A DNA stretch of 64,000 nucleotides from assembly GCA_002747055.1 (NCBI GenBank), contig PDSQ01000028.1:17516-81515 (forward strand). The letters run 5' to 3'. Below, in pieces: positions 38,656 to 49,228 of this stretch; within the stretch, counting starts at the first letter, position 1, and each line of letters starts with the position of its first letter. The notes beneath the pieces were generated by a model that was given only the letters and a program-made list of their open reading frames with translations, did no database searches and was not told the origin of the DNA. The DNA is from Gammaproteobacteria bacterium. GTDB taxonomy: Bacteria; Pseudomonadota; Gammaproteobacteria; Pseudomonadales; Oleiphilaceae. Made by a program: the position numbers and the translations under genes.

Positions 38656-38876
38656 AACACCTTCCTCTGAATTGAAAAACCAACCAGCGAAACAAATCTG
38701 TCATTTGTCTCTGCCGGACATCCTATTAATCGCCTGGAGTTTTGTTGTTATTGGAAAGAGATTAAAAAAGGGCGAGGAGTCTACCTTTTTTGGTCTTAAA
38801 AAGCGAACGATAACACTACTTTTTTAGTGGTGATGAGTGGGTTACTCCTAGTGATCGACAAAAGCCACATGCCGGC

Positions 38877-39194
38877 TCACTCCGAACGCGGAAGCTGGAC
38901 CAGTATCCAGGGTCGCACGACCACCGCCCAAAGCACGGCATCGTTCTCGATCCATTCCAAGGCCTGGGCATCGGTCACAGTGATGACGGATTTTTCTCTT
39001 GTCCACCGCTCGAAACAGGGTTTGTCGTCGATTGACAATGCGTAAGCGACATCGACAAGATTCAAAGCAGGCGAGACATTCAGCACCAGCCCTTTGGCAA
39101 ACCAGGACTGCAAGTCCTGCCACGGAATTTGCGCCGTTTCACCCAATATCTTGGCTTTCTGCTCCACCATTGAAGTCGTATCTTCCAAGTTCAT
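38877..39194 (-). CDS. DUF2288-family protein
   Basis: 'ETAQIPW..L...FA.G', 'WAVVVRPWILVQ'. Confidence 0.85.
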   Translation of the reverse strand: MNLEDTTSMVEQKAKILGETAQIPWQDLQSWFAKGLVLNVSPALNLVDVAYALSIDDKPCFERWTREKSVITVTDAQALEWIENDAVLWAVVVRPWILVQLPRSE

Positions 39195-39407
39195 CTATTC
39201 CTGTCCTGTACTATGAGCCTGTCTTATACAATACTATCAGCAAAGCAGCACCAAATTCCTTTGGCTCTGTGGTAATCTCTGGCCCTGTGTTAACATGGCG
39301 CGGCTGGCTAAGCCGCTGTCTCATCAGCCGCAAAACAGCCAATAGTTGCACCAAGGTGCCTGAATCAAGCGGCCTAGTCAAACTAGCCAAAACTGAAGGA
39401 TGTGTAA

Positions 39408-39785
39408 ATGACTGATCCAAACCTGCCTGAAATCAATATGGACAGCGCCTCGCTGTATAAAGAAGAAACCTACACCGACCAAAAAATTGGCTCGATCAGG
39501 GTAATGACTCCGGTAAGCGTAGATGGCGATATTGATACCAGCCGAAAGGTTCAATACATTGGCCAGGCGCAGCTGATGACACCTGCTGGCCCATTGCCAC
39601 TGACGTTTGAATTGGAAGCGGAGAATCTGGCGGATGCCATTGCGCAGTTTTCCGATGCGGCGCATGTCTCGATGGAGAAAACCATCGAAGAGTTGAAGGA
39701 GTACCGTCGCCAGCAAGCCTCATCTATCGTTGTTCCGGGTAGCAGTGGCATGCCTCCGGGTGGTGGCGGTATCCATATGCCTTAG
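39408..39785 (+). CDS. Conserved hypothetical cytoplasmic protein
   Basis: AAGGA RBS; 'LYKEETYTD...GSIR...PV', 'TPAGPLPLTFE', 'ASSIVVPG'. Confidence 0.8.
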   Translation: MTDPNLPEINMDSASLYKEETYTDQKIGSIRVMTPVSVDGDIDTSRKVQYIGQAQLMTPAGPLPLTFELEAENLADAIAQFSDAAHVSMEKTIEELKEYRRQQASSIVVPGSSGMPPGGGGIHMP

Positions 39786-39815
39786 CGGTTACTTGGCCGC
39801 TTGTCACGGCGGCTG

Positions 39816-40085
39816 TCACCTTATCTGCGCGATGCGTGCGACCTCGCCTGCCGACACTGGCTCGAACGATCCTGGCAGGTACGCATCAGCAAACCCCGTT
39901 TTATCAAGAAGTTTAAGCGGAATACTATCAAAGGCGGTCATCTTTACTGTGAAATTGATCTGACCAGAACCCAGAACCAAACTGTGCTGGTTTTCCATCT
40001 GATACTGGGCGAACGCTGGCAAAGCCAGGACTAGAACCAATAAACCGGCTCCAACAAACATGGATAATTGATATTGAGTTTTCAC
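39816..40085 (-). CDS. Small exported hypothetical protein
   Basis: GGGAGG RBS before GTG; signal peptide ending 'PAFA'. Confidence 0.55.
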   Translation of the reverse strand: MKTQYQLSMFVGAGLLVLVLALPAFAQYQMENQHSLVLGSGQINFTVKMTAFDSIPLKLLDKTGFADAYLPGSFEPVSAGEVARIAQIR

Positions 40086-40542
40086 TGTTGGCCTCCCTTT
40101 AACGCAACAGTATCGGTAACCCATGAGCACATGGAAAAGCATCGTCGTTATTGTTTACCTGCTTTTTGCATCTATTATCCCCACCACCCTACAACTTGTG
40201 TTTTCCCGATGCTGGATCACACATACAACCCGGGTGAACAGCTCAGGAGTATTTTCTCCGTGGTTTAAGCACCACTGTTCATGGCTCAACCATAAACCAT
40301 CTGGTGAACTGGTTCAACTTTATTTGCAACGCTTCGTTCCGCTATCAATGCATCATAGACAATAGGACACGATTTATTTTGCCGGTTTTGCAATCTGTCA
40401 GCTGTCGAGTTTGAGCGTTGGCATGAGGGAATGGGTTAGCAAAGTATGCTGTTGAGCGACGGCAAGTCCTCCCAACAGCATTACCGGAACAATATCTAAT
40501 CGATTGCCTGAAATCTGAGTTGGCGGATCTGACTGAAACGGG

Positions 40543-41817
40543 CTATTCGGCCGCCTGAATTGCCTGCTCCAGATCTGCCAATATATCATCGATATGTTCA
40601 ATCCCGACCGATAAGCGAATCATCTCGGGCGTCACACCCGCGTCTTTTTGCTCCTGCTCGGTCAACTGGCGATGGGTAGTCGAAGCCGGGTGGCAAGCCA
40701 GTGATTTCGCATCACCGATATTGACCAGGCGCTTGAACAAACCAAGCGCATCATAGAACCTGACGCCAGCATCAAAACCGCCTTTGATACCAAAGGTCAG
40801 AATCGAAGATGGCGTGCCTTTCATATATTTTTTCGCCAGATCGTGATTCTGGTGAGATGCCAATCCAGCGTAACTGACCCAGTCAACGCGATTATGGTTA
40901 TCGAGAAAGTTGGCAACCTTAAGCGCATTTTCGCAATGACGCTCCATTCTCAACGCCAGCGTTTCAATGCCTTGCAAGAGGAAAAACGCATTCATGGGTG
41001 ACAACGCGGCCCCGGTGTTTCGCAACGGAACCGTTCTTGCGCGGGCAATAAACGCCGCTGGCCCCATTGCTTCCGTGTAAACAACACCATGATAGGCCGG
41101 TTCAGGCGTGCTTAACATCGGGAACCGCTCTGCGTGCTTGGCCCACGGAAACTTGCCGGAGTCGACAATGATGCCACCCAGAGAGTTACCGTGACCACCC
41201 ATATATTTGGTCAGGGAGTGAACGACAATATCCGCACCATACTCGATCGGCTTGCATAGAACCGGAGTTGCCACCGTATTGTCCACGATTAACGGGACAC
41301 CGGAATCATGGGCAATATCAGCCATGGCTGCCAAATCAACAACATTACCAGCCGGATTACCAATACTTTCGCAAAAAACCGCCGCCGTCTTGTCATCGAT
41401 CAGCTCAGCTACCGATCCAGGCTTGTCGTCTTTGGCAAAACGCACATCGATACCCTGACTGGGTAACATATGCCGAAACAGCGTGTAGGTACCACCATAC
41501 AGCTTGGGTACTGTCACAATATTGCTGCCATTTGCCGCTATCGTGGCAATGGCATAGTTTATCGCTGCACTTCCGGCACTTACCGCCAACGCGGCGATCC
41601 CTCTTTCCAGTTCCGCGACACGCTGCTCCAATACATCATTGGTCGGGTTCATAATTCGGGTATAAATATTACCCGGAACAGCCAGATTGAACAGGTCAGC
41701 ACCATGCTGGGCATTGTCAAACTCATAGGCGACCGTTTGGTAAATGGGTGTGGCGACCGATTTGGTTATGGGATCTGTCTGGTAACCATGGTGAATCGCA
41801 ATGGTATCGTCTCTCAT
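40543..41817 (-). CDS. metY: O-acetylhomoserine/O-acetylserine sulfhydrylase
   Basis: 'IYTRIMNPT', PLP lysine in 'HSLTKYMGGHG', 'VNIGDAKSL..HPASTTHRQL'. Confidence 0.93.
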   Translation of the reverse strand: MRDDTIAIHHGYQTDPITKSVATPIYQTVAYEFDNAQHGADLFNLAVPGNIYTRIMNPTNDVLEQRVAELERGIAALAVSAGSAAINYAIATIAANGSNIVTVPKLYGGTYTLFRHMLPSQGIDVRFAKDDKPGSVAELIDDKTAAVFCESIGNPAGNVVDLAAMADIAHDSGVPLIVDNTVATPVLCKPIEYGADIVVHSLTKYMGGHGNSLGGIIVDSGKFPWAKHAERFPMLSTPEPAYHGVVYTEAMGPAAFIARARTVPLRNTGAALSPMNAFFLLQGIETLALRMERHCENALKVANFLDNHNRVDWVSYAGLASHQNHDLAKKYMKGTPSSILTFGIKGGFDAGVRFYDALGLFKRLVNIGDAKSLACHPASTTHRQLTEQEQKDAGVTPEMIRLSVGIEHIDDILADLEQAIQAAE

Positions 41818-41974
41818 ATATTCCTCATTATTATATAGATATATAAACTTGATAATTATTGTGTCTTAAAAACTGTAGCAATATAGCATTTTTCATTCAA
41901 CCGGCCAGCCCCATGCCTGTAAGTCGGCGAGAAAAAGTGCCGGTATCGCCTAACGGAATAAAAGCGGGATTCCC

Positions 41975-42577
41975 TCAACAACTATTATCGTCCTGAAACC
42001 GGATATGGTTACGTGCAACGAACTCAAGCCAGTCTTTTCTTGCTGACTCGGGAAACGTCAAGCCAATCTCGGCTTGCGCCTGATAATTTACCTGCGACAC
42101 GGCACCCTGATTGCCAGACAACCAATGCCGAACAGCTTGCTCCATCGCGAAATCAGCGTAAACGACACCGGAACACATTGGTGCCACCAGTTCCGTTTCC
42201 AGTGCATCCATGGCCAATTGTGCCGCCGCAGAATAGGCGCGCACCAAGCCACCTACTCCCAGTTTTACGCCGCCGAAATAGCGAATGACCACAATCATAA
42301 TATCGCTGACAGCCTTATGCTGTAACACATTGAGTATCGGTTTGCCGGCAGTTCCGGACGGCTCACCATCATCGGACATCGCCGCCGAGGCTGGCTTGCC
42401 GAACAAGTAGGCCCAACAGTGGTGACGCGCGTCCGGGTAATCCGCCCTGGCCCGGTCGAGCATCGCCATCGCCCGCTCCCGATCAGGCGTGTTGGCGGCA
42501 CGGGCGATAAAGCGGCTCTTCTTGATTTCACAGGTCACTTCCACCGGCTTTTTGGGTATTCGATACGCCTCTGCCAT
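41975..42577 (-). CDS. yigZ: IMPACT/YigZ-family protein
   Basis: 'IKKSRF', 'DDGEPSGTAG.P', 'RYFGG.KLG.GGL.RAY'. Confidence 0.93.
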   Translation of the reverse strand: MAEAYRIPKKPVEVTCEIKKSRFIARAANTPDRERAMAMLDRARADYPDARHHCWAYLFGKPASAAMSDDGEPSGTAGKPILNVLQHKAVSDIMIVVIRYFGGVKLGVGGLVRAYSAAAQLAMDALETELVAPMCSGVVYADFAMEQAVRHWLSGNQGAVSQVNYQAQAEIGLTFPESARKDWLEFVARNHIRFQDDNSC

Positions 42578-42618
42578 CTTGTTTTATCTACCCTTGGGGT
42601 TTCAATTACCGGAATCAA

Positions 42619-43539
42619 TTAATTGCAGCGAATATGCTGATCGATCATACTGACCAAATTCGGTAACAAGGGTTCCGGTAAATCATGGCCCATGCCTTGA
42701 ATAGGTCTGAAAACACTGTTTTTGATACTTCGTGCCAAATGTTCGCCACAGGCAATTTTTACCAATGGGTCAGCTACCCCGTGAATAATCTGCACCGGCA
42801 AATCGATGCGGGGAAGTAAATGACGTAAATGACCCGTCGCCATAATCGCCCGCATCTGCCGCAATATTCCGGCAGGTCGATAACTGCGCTGGTAGCTCAA
42901 CTGAAACATGGCTAACCGGTCAGCATCTGTCGCGGGATAATCAGGGCTTTGTACCGCTCGCCAGAAATTGAGAGCCCGAGACATCGCTGCGTCAAAATGG
43001 TGGCCTTTGATTCCCCCGCCATTCATATGCCATAACACTTTCAAGTCCGGGGCAGGGTTTTTCGGGTGATTATCCGAACTCATAATGATCGAAGCGGTCA
43101 GCACCTGGCTGGCGTAATCCGCACAGAGAATCTGGGTTATCATACCGCCCATGGATATTCCCACAATATGCGCCGCAGCCAGATTCAGGTGAGCCAGCAA
43201 ACCCACCACATCTGCCGCCATATCATGCAAGTCATAGGGGGCGGCGACGCTCAGACCGAGCTTGTATTTTACAAACGCCACTGGCGCACTGCCACGCAAA
43301 GGTTTCTCGATTTCAGACGATAATCCAATATCCCGGTTATCGAACAAGATGACGCGATACCCCAGCGCTCGAAGCTGTTTTACCAGCAACGCAGGCCAGG
43401 CGGTTAACTGACAGGCCAGGCCCATGATCAGCACAACCGCAGGCTGGTTTTCATTGCCAATATCGATATAGTGAATGGCAACTTCACCCGAAGTTTTCGA
43501 TTCCCGGCACGGCTCGCCAAAACGTTCTGACGCTAACAT
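42619..43539 (-). CDS. Alpha/beta hydrolase (esterase/lipase)
   Basis: 'FDNRDIGLS', nucleophile 'GISMGG', 'HG..DPL', 'GMGHD'. Confidence 0.9.
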   Translation of the reverse strand: MLASERFGEPCRESKTSGEVAIHYIDIGNENQPAVVLIMGLACQLTAWPALLVKQLRALGYRVILFDNRDIGLSSEIEKPLRGSAPVAFVKYKLGLSVAAPYDLHDMAADVVGLLAHLNLAAAHIVGISMGGMITQILCADYASQVLTASIIMSSDNHPKNPAPDLKVLWHMNGGGIKGHHFDAAMSRALNFWRAVQSPDYPATDADRLAMFQLSYQRSYRPAGILRQMRAIMATGHLRHLLPRIDLPVQIIHGVADPLVKIACGEHLARSIKNSVFRPIQGMGHDLPEPLLPNLVSMIDQHIRCN

Positions 43540-43859
43540 AGGTATATTTCCTCAATCGTTTTTGGGGGAGAGTAATCATAGTCAACCCAGGCCCCGCATA
43601 AATAAAAACTTGGCAACCGGACGCTATGTTATCATCGCCGACAGCCAGCTGTCGTCCCCCTTCCGGACTCTCTGTTCCGGGGGAGGAGAATGCCCCCTTG
43701 CCCGGGGCAGCAGTAAAAAAATCAGTCAAACTTCAAGCATTGGTTCGACTGGTATATAGTTGTCAGCGCACCAATACAAGGAACAATGGTCAATTCGGAT
43801 CGATTTGGCTCACTACGAATTGTCTGAACTCTATATCCGAGTCATGTTTGGAGAGATCA

Positions 43860-44417
43860 ATGATCGAAAAGCTGGAACAAAACTATCGGGAAATCATCTC
43901 GGCCCTGGGTGAAGATATTGACCGACAAGGCCTGAAAGACACACCCAAACGGACGGCAAATGCGATGGCGTTCCTGACCGCAGGCTACCGACAGAATTTA
44001 GCCAAGGTGGTTAACAATGCGGTTTTCGATTCAGACAACGATGAAATGGTCACCGTCAAGAACATCGAACTGTACTCACTCTGTGAACATCATATACTGC
44101 CGTTTATCGGCAAGTGTCACATCGCCTACTTGCCCAACGGTAAAGTATTGGGTCTGTCGAAATTCGCTCGAATCGTCGATATGTTTGCCCGCCGTCTGCA
44201 AATTCAGGAAAATCTGACATTGCAAATCGCCGAGGCAGTTCAGTCGGTCACCGGTGCCCGGGGCGTAGGAGTGGTAATCGAAGCCAAGCACATGTGTATG
44301 ATGATGCGAGGTGTCGAAAAACAGAATTCGTCGATGTCCACCTCGGTGATGCTGGGCAGCATGCGCCAATCCCAGGCGACCCGTCAGGAATTTCTGTCGT
44401 TGATCAACCGAGATTAA
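43860..44417 (+). CDS. folE: GTP cyclohydrolase I
   Basis: 'GLKDTPKR', 'SLCEHH..PF', 'GLSK.AR', 'HMCMMMRGV'; true start is MIEKLEQ. Confidence 0.96.
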   Translation: MIEKLEQNYREIISALGEDIDRQGLKDTPKRTANAMAFLTAGYRQNLAKVVNNAVFDSDNDEMVTVKNIELYSLCEHHILPFIGKCHIAYLPNGKVLGLSKFARIVDMFARRLQIQENLTLQIAEAVQSVTGARGVGVVIEAKHMCMMMRGVEKQNSSMSTSVMLGSMRQSQATRQEFLSLINRD

Positions 44418-44448
44418 TACCTAACCCAGGCAAAAGGATCGACGGTGA

Positions 44449-44841
44449 ATGACTAGCCCCAAAAAACCCAGGATTGCAGAAATAAAAATAAAAAACCTTC
44501 GCCTCAGAACATTTATTGGTATCAAGGATGAGGAGATCAACAACCGACAGGACGTGATCATCAACATTGTCATTCACTATGATGCGGCTCAGGCAGTCGA
44601 TGAAAATGCGATAGACCATGCGCTGAACTATCGCACCATTACCAAGCAAATCATCAAAAAAGTCGAGTCCAACCGGTTTTTGCTGTTGGAAAGAATGACG
44701 CAGGATGTGTTGGATATCATTCTCTCTTATCCAGCCGTGCAAAAGGCAAAGGTCGAAATAGACAAACCTCACGCTCTGCGATTTGCTGACTCGGTGTCGG
44801 TGACATTGTGTTCTTCGGCAAACGATTTTCCGGGAAACTGA
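44449..44841 (+). CDS. folX: Dihydroneopterin triphosphate 2'-epimerase
   Basis: '[15 protein letters not shown]...QD', 'ALNYRTITK', '[13 protein letters not shown]'. Confidence 0.92.
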   Translation: MTSPKKPRIAEIKIKNLRLRTFIGIKDEEINNRQDVIINIVIHYDAAQAVDENAIDHALNYRTITKQIIKKVESNRFLLLERMTQDVLDIILSYPAVQKAKVEIDKPHALRFADSVSVTLCSSANDFPGN

Positions 44842-45153
44842 GCGGAAAACCGCAGGTTTAACACTGACTCGGCGAAGCCACTCGGCCTGCCAGCCGGCGT
44901 CCGGTTTTATTGCTGGCCGGATTTTATTGCCCGCAAAAATTAGACAATTCTTGGTTTTTGGTTTACACCTAAAGAGGCCAATTAAATCATGACTCATGCC
45001 CTGCTCTGGACGAGCCTGAAAATCTCGAGTCGATGCCTTCAACCTGTGATAACCACTGCTTAACGCGGGTTCATTCTCGTCTTGGGTGAATGACTGATGG
45101 CAACGACCGCGATAACAGCCGGATGATTAACCTAGGTAAGGTGCAAAACCAGT

Positions 45154-48100
45154 ATGCCTGATCATAACCTGTTAACCCTTGTCGCCAATACCAGACAGTG
45201 GCGCCGAGCTTTGCTGGTTCTGGCTATAGCCACGATATGCTTGGGGGCCTTCACTTTTATCGCCTGGGAATTCTCCCATATGAGCAACGATGTTCAGCGA
45301 ACCACCAACTCGCTGGATGCCTGGGTAAAAGGTATTGTCACAGAAAAAATACACGCTCCCGGCACTGAGTTTATCGTCAACAGCCAAGGTCAGATCATTG
45401 TGGGCCAACCGGCCTGGGTCGAAACGCTGGATATTAGCGAATCCGCATTGTGGAACCGGCTGCAACAAACTGGATGGGCAAAATTGCAACTAATACCCGG
45501 CAAGGATATCGCGACCCAGCAAGCCAGCGTTTATACTGTTCAAAGTCATGATTCTAGTTATCGAATCACCTCCTTGCCTTTTGACCTGCTAGTCAAGCAA
45601 GATGACAGTTATCTGACCATGATTCTCGGTCCAGACTCAAAAGTGCAGTTATCAACTCTTCCAGAAATGGCAGGTTACCAGCTTAACCGTTTTGGTCTGC
45701 TATTATACGGCGGCAAGATTTTTCTGGCGGTTTCCGGCCCCCAATTGTCCGGGCAGGAACTGAATTTTGTCACTTTTTCCGATATATCCCTGCCTGTGGG
45801 TATAACTGTTCTTGTTATTACTGTATTTTTTGGCGGCATGATGGCCATCGATGCCCAGTCAAAAAGTACTGTTTCCGGCCTTCAGACTATTCATTCCGAG
45901 TTGCTCCGCATTGAGCTGGCAGCCAGAAAATGTTCAGAAGAAAGACTCTACAAAGCCAATTTAGACGATGCTTTCGAGGAACTGGAACGAGCCGATTTCA
46001 GCTTTCCTGAAAGTCGGGACTTGTCGCGAATCTTGAAGCGCATATTCCGCCATTGTCAGAACCTGTCTCTGTTGCTCGAAGAAAAAGAACAACAATTCAG
46101 CCTGCTCACGGGCCTGTCGCCCGTAGGTATTTATCTGGCTAATTCGGAAGCTAATATTACCTATGTCAATCAGCGCATGTGCGAAATATTGAATACACCG
46201 CAACAACACATCATCGGTTCGCCATTCAGCAATTTTATACATCCGGATGATAAAAAAAAGCGAAGGCTGACAGAATCACACCAGATCGATTACCAGGAGC
46301 CGGTTCGGCTGATACGCAGAGACAAAAGAGAGATATACGCCTATTGTGAGGAAGCGATACAGTTTAACGAAGATGAAGTCGAAATTGGTTCTATCGGAGC
46401 CGTCACTGATGTCACCACCATCAAACAAACCCAGTGGTCGTTGCAAAAGCTGGAAGCCAGATGGCAGTTTGCCCTTGAAGGTAGTGGTAACGGCGTGTGG
46501 GACTGGAACATAGCGACCGGACAGACCTATTTTTCTCCTCAGTGGTGTGCCCTGATCGGCTATGACAAACAAGAACTGACCGACCATGTCAGAGAGTGGA
46601 CCAACCGAATACATCCCGATGACGCCATTGAGTCGAGGTCAGAAATAGACCGGCACCTGAGCGGCGAAACCTCCCATTACGAAAGAGAACACCGACTGTT
46701 GTGCAAGAATGGCGAGTATAAATGGATGCTGGATCGCGGCAAGGTTATCGAATGGGATGCATCAGGCAAACCCGCAAGAATGATAGGCACCCACGCAGAT
46801 ATCAGTGACAGAAAGTTGCACGAGGCACATATTCAGCACCTCGCTTACCATGACAGCCTGACTGACCTGCCCAACCGCGTTTTTCTGCAAGAAGAACTTC
46901 AGTACCTGCTGGCCCAGTTAAAACGGAATCAACAGCATTCAGCCTTGCTCTTTCTCGATATCGATCACTTTAAAATGGTCAATGACTCCATGGGTCACAG
47001 TGTCGGCGACGAGATGCTCCGCCAGATTGCCGACCGGCTCAAGAAAAACACCCGTGATGGCGACTTTCTGGCCCGCCTGGGTGGTGACGAGTTTGTCATT
47101 GTACTCGGCAACCCAACAGACGATATAGAGCGGGTATATCAGCGAGCGCAAGCCGTCGCTGCCAATATCTTGACATCCTTCAAACAGCCTTTCGATCTCA
47201 ACCGGCAAAGTGTCGTCAGAGGCACAAGTATTGGAATCGTCACTCTGCCAACCGACGGAAACACGGTGAGCAAAATATTGCAACATGCCGACACCGCGAT
47301 GTATGAGGCTAAAAAGAGTGGCAGAAATACCTTGCACTTCTATCAAAAGGAAATGGCAACAGCAATAAAACGCCGGTTGTTTGTTGAAAATGCGTTAAGA
47401 AGTGCGATAGAAAACAATGAACTTAGCTTGTTTTACCAACCCAAGGTCAACATTGAGGAATTGAGCGTTATTGGTGCCGAGGCTCTGCTACGATGGAACC
47501 ACAAAGGCGAATCGATTTCACCGGCAGAGTTTATTCCGATTGCCGAGGACAGCGGGCTGATCGTCCACCTGGGCGACTGGATTATGCGCGTTGCCTGTGA
47601 ACAAATCAAGACATGGAAGCAGCACCCTGCATTTAAGTCGTTACAACATTTAGCCATCAATGTCAGCCCCCTGCAATTCGGCCAAGCTGATTTTACCGAA
47701 AAAACCTTGGCGATACTGAAAAAAACCGGCATTTCACCAAACTGGCTCGAATTCGAATTGACCGAAGGTGTGTTTATGGGTGATCTGGCCAAATCGAAAA
47801 GCAAAATGGAACAACTGAAACAACATGGTATTCGATTTGCCGTGGATGATTTCGGCACCGGCTATTCGTCGCTTGCCTACCTGAAACAACTGCCACTGGA
47901 TGTGCTGAAAGTGGATCAGACATTTGTCCGAGACTGCACTACCGACGCCAACGATGCCTCGATCGTTCGAACCGTACTCGCTATGGCCTGCGGGCTGGGT
48001 ATGGAAGCGGTCGCAGAGGGAGTGGAGTCTGAAGACCATGTTGACTTTCTGCGCAGTGAAGGCTGCCAATACTTTCAGGGCTACTATTTCAGCCGACCTT

Positions 48101-48159
48101 TGAATGCCAAAGCATTTGAAAACTTGATAATTGCCAAACGAATATCGTCCCGACGCTAA
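45154..48159 (+). CDS. Membrane-anchored PAS-PAS-GGDEF-EAL c-di-GMP enzyme with intact motifs
   Basis: Two TMs, two PAS/PAC domains, I-site RDGD, GGDEF, EAL, DDFGTGYSSL, AEGVE. Confidence 0.93.
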   Translation: MPDHNLLTLVANTRQWRRALLVLAIATICLGAFTFIAWEFSHMSNDVQRTTNSLDAWVKGIVTEKIHAPGTEFIVNSQGQIIVGQPAWVETLDISESALWNRLQQTGWAKLQLIPGKDIATQQASVYTVQSHDSSYRITSLPFDLLVKQDDSYLTMILGPDSKVQLSTLPEMAGYQLNRFGLLLYGGKIFLAVSGPQLSGQELNFVTFSDISLPVGITVLVITVFFGGMMAIDAQSKSTVSGLQTIHSELLRIELAARKCSEERLYKANLDDAFEELERADFSFPESRDLSRILKRIFRHCQNLSLLLEEKEQQFSLLTGLSPVGIYLANSEANITYVNQRMCEILNTPQQHIIGSPFSNFIHPDDKKKRRLTESHQIDYQEPVRLIRRDKREIYAYCEEAIQFNEDEVEIGSIGAVTDVTTIKQTQWSLQKLEARWQFALEGSGNGVWDWNIATGQTYFSPQWCALIGYDKQELTDHVREWTNRIHPDDAIESRSEIDRHLSGETSHYEREHRLLCKNGEYKWMLDRGKVIEWDASGKPARMIGTHADISDRKLHEAHIQHLAYHDSLTDLPNRVFLQEELQYLLAQLKRNQQHSALLFLDIDHFKMVNDSMGHSVGDEMLRQIADRLKKNTRDGDFLARLGGDEFVIVLGNPTDDIERVYQRAQAVAANILTSFKQPFDLNRQSVVRGTSIGIVTLPTDGNTVSKILQHADTAMYEAKKSGRNTLHFYQKEMATAIKRRLFVENALRSAIENNELSLFYQPKVNIEELSVIGAEALLRWNHKGESISPAEFIPIAEDSGLIVHLGDWIMRVACEQIKTWKQHPAFKSLQHLAINVSPLQFGQADFTEKTLAILKKTGISPNWLEFELTEGVFMGDLAKSKSKMEQLKQHGIRFAVDDFGTGYSSLAYLKQLPLDVLKVDQTFVRDCTTDANDASIVRTVLAMACGLGMEAVAEGVESEDHVDFLRSEGCQYFQGYYFSRPLNAKAFENLIIAKRISSRR

Positions 48160-48268
48160 TAGACCGAAGGTCGTTCGTTGTATTCGAATGTATATCGACA
48201 ACACTTTTACAGCCCAAATACCTGACCAGGCGTATGGCCCAAAGTCAGCTCGGGACAGACGATAGTCG

Positions 48269-49111
48269 TCAAAACAGATATGCCACACCGATACTGAGCG
48301 AAGTCAGTGCCGACTCGCTTTCCGGTTCCTGAACCCGCACCGGAATAGTTCGCCCTGCCGCCTCGGTCAACGCGCTGGCAGCAAACGACCAGGTTTGATA
48401 CTCGACCCTGGCTGTCAGGTGCAACTTTGGCGCAACCCGATAACGTGTTGCCAGCCGGGCGGCATAACCCCTGGCGCCCGACATCGTCAGTTTGACTATG
48501 CCTAGCCGGTTTCGGGTCAGGTCTACTTTCACTGTCGGCTTGATGGTTCGGGTAACCCGGCCCTCAAACCAGCATTGCCACGTGCCTTGTGCATACAATT
48601 GATAGGTCATTCCCAATTCAAGTTGCTGCCAATTGTAGACTTCATTCAACCCTAGTATGCTTCCCCGGGGCCGGATCTGGCGATCCCATTCAAACCATTT
48701 CACCGCCGCACCGACCTTTAGCGCGGGGGAAACCGTCCGGTAAACCGCCGAATAAAACGAGTGCATACGTTCATCGGTCAAGCTGACAAACCAATTACCC
48801 AGATTAGTTTGTCCCTGATAGTCGACCTGATGCGCCATTACTTGCCCGCCAACTAGCCACTGCCATTGGGCGTCGCTTAATTGCCAGGCCAGACTCAAAC
48901 CCGGTAAGCGGCCTTTCTCCTGATTCAATTTACCGCCAAGCTCATCATACTCACGATACAGGTAGTGATGGGTATGAATAGCCAACTCGATTGCCGACTG
49001 CCAGTCATGGTTTTCCGCTCGCAACGAGGCGAGCGGCAACGTAGCCAAGAACACGATGCCGGCGAGCAGGTTGGGCCAATAGCAGGGATGAGCGGGATAT
49101 AAATAAGTCAT
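48269..49111 (-). CDS. Outer-membrane beta-barrel protein
   Basis: Signal peptide, amphipathic strands, C-terminal 'LSIGVAYLF'. Start uncertain. Confidence 0.7.
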   Translation of the reverse strand: MTYLYPAHPCYWPNLLAGIVFLATLPLASLRAENHDWQSAIELAIHTHHYLYREYDELGGKLNQEKGRLPGLSLAWQLSDAQWQWLVGGQVMAHQVDYQGQTNLGNWFVSLTDERMHSFYSAVYRTVSPALKVGAAVKWFEWDRQIRPRGSILGLNEVYNWQQLELGMTYQLYAQGTWQCWFEGRVTRTIKPTVKVDLTRNRLGIVKLTMSGARGYAARLATRYRVAPKLHLTARVEYQTWSFAASALTEAAGRTIPVRVQEPESESALTSLSIGVAYLF

Positions 49112-49228
49112 TGCGGTTTGGATGCTGGTTGAACCAAAGAAAAAGCCTATTTTAGCCGGGATCTCGAAAGAAACAAAAAAGGCAGCGATAGCCGCAAACG
49201 GGATCACCGTCTTGGCGCAATCCGACAC

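Noticed and set aside
40123-40365. 80-aa ORF in the gap before the metY 3' end
   Set aside because: No clear RBS or motif, and competing overlapping ORFs; unsupported.
43650-43680. SRP (4.5S) RNA, from GTCCGGAAGG on the minus strand
   Set aside because: The flanking CAGG and AAGCAG of the conserved domain are absent.
44842-45150. c-di-GMP riboswitch upstream of the GGDEF-EAL gene
   Set aside because: Only loose word matches; no GAAA tetraloop/receptor or P1 pairing found.
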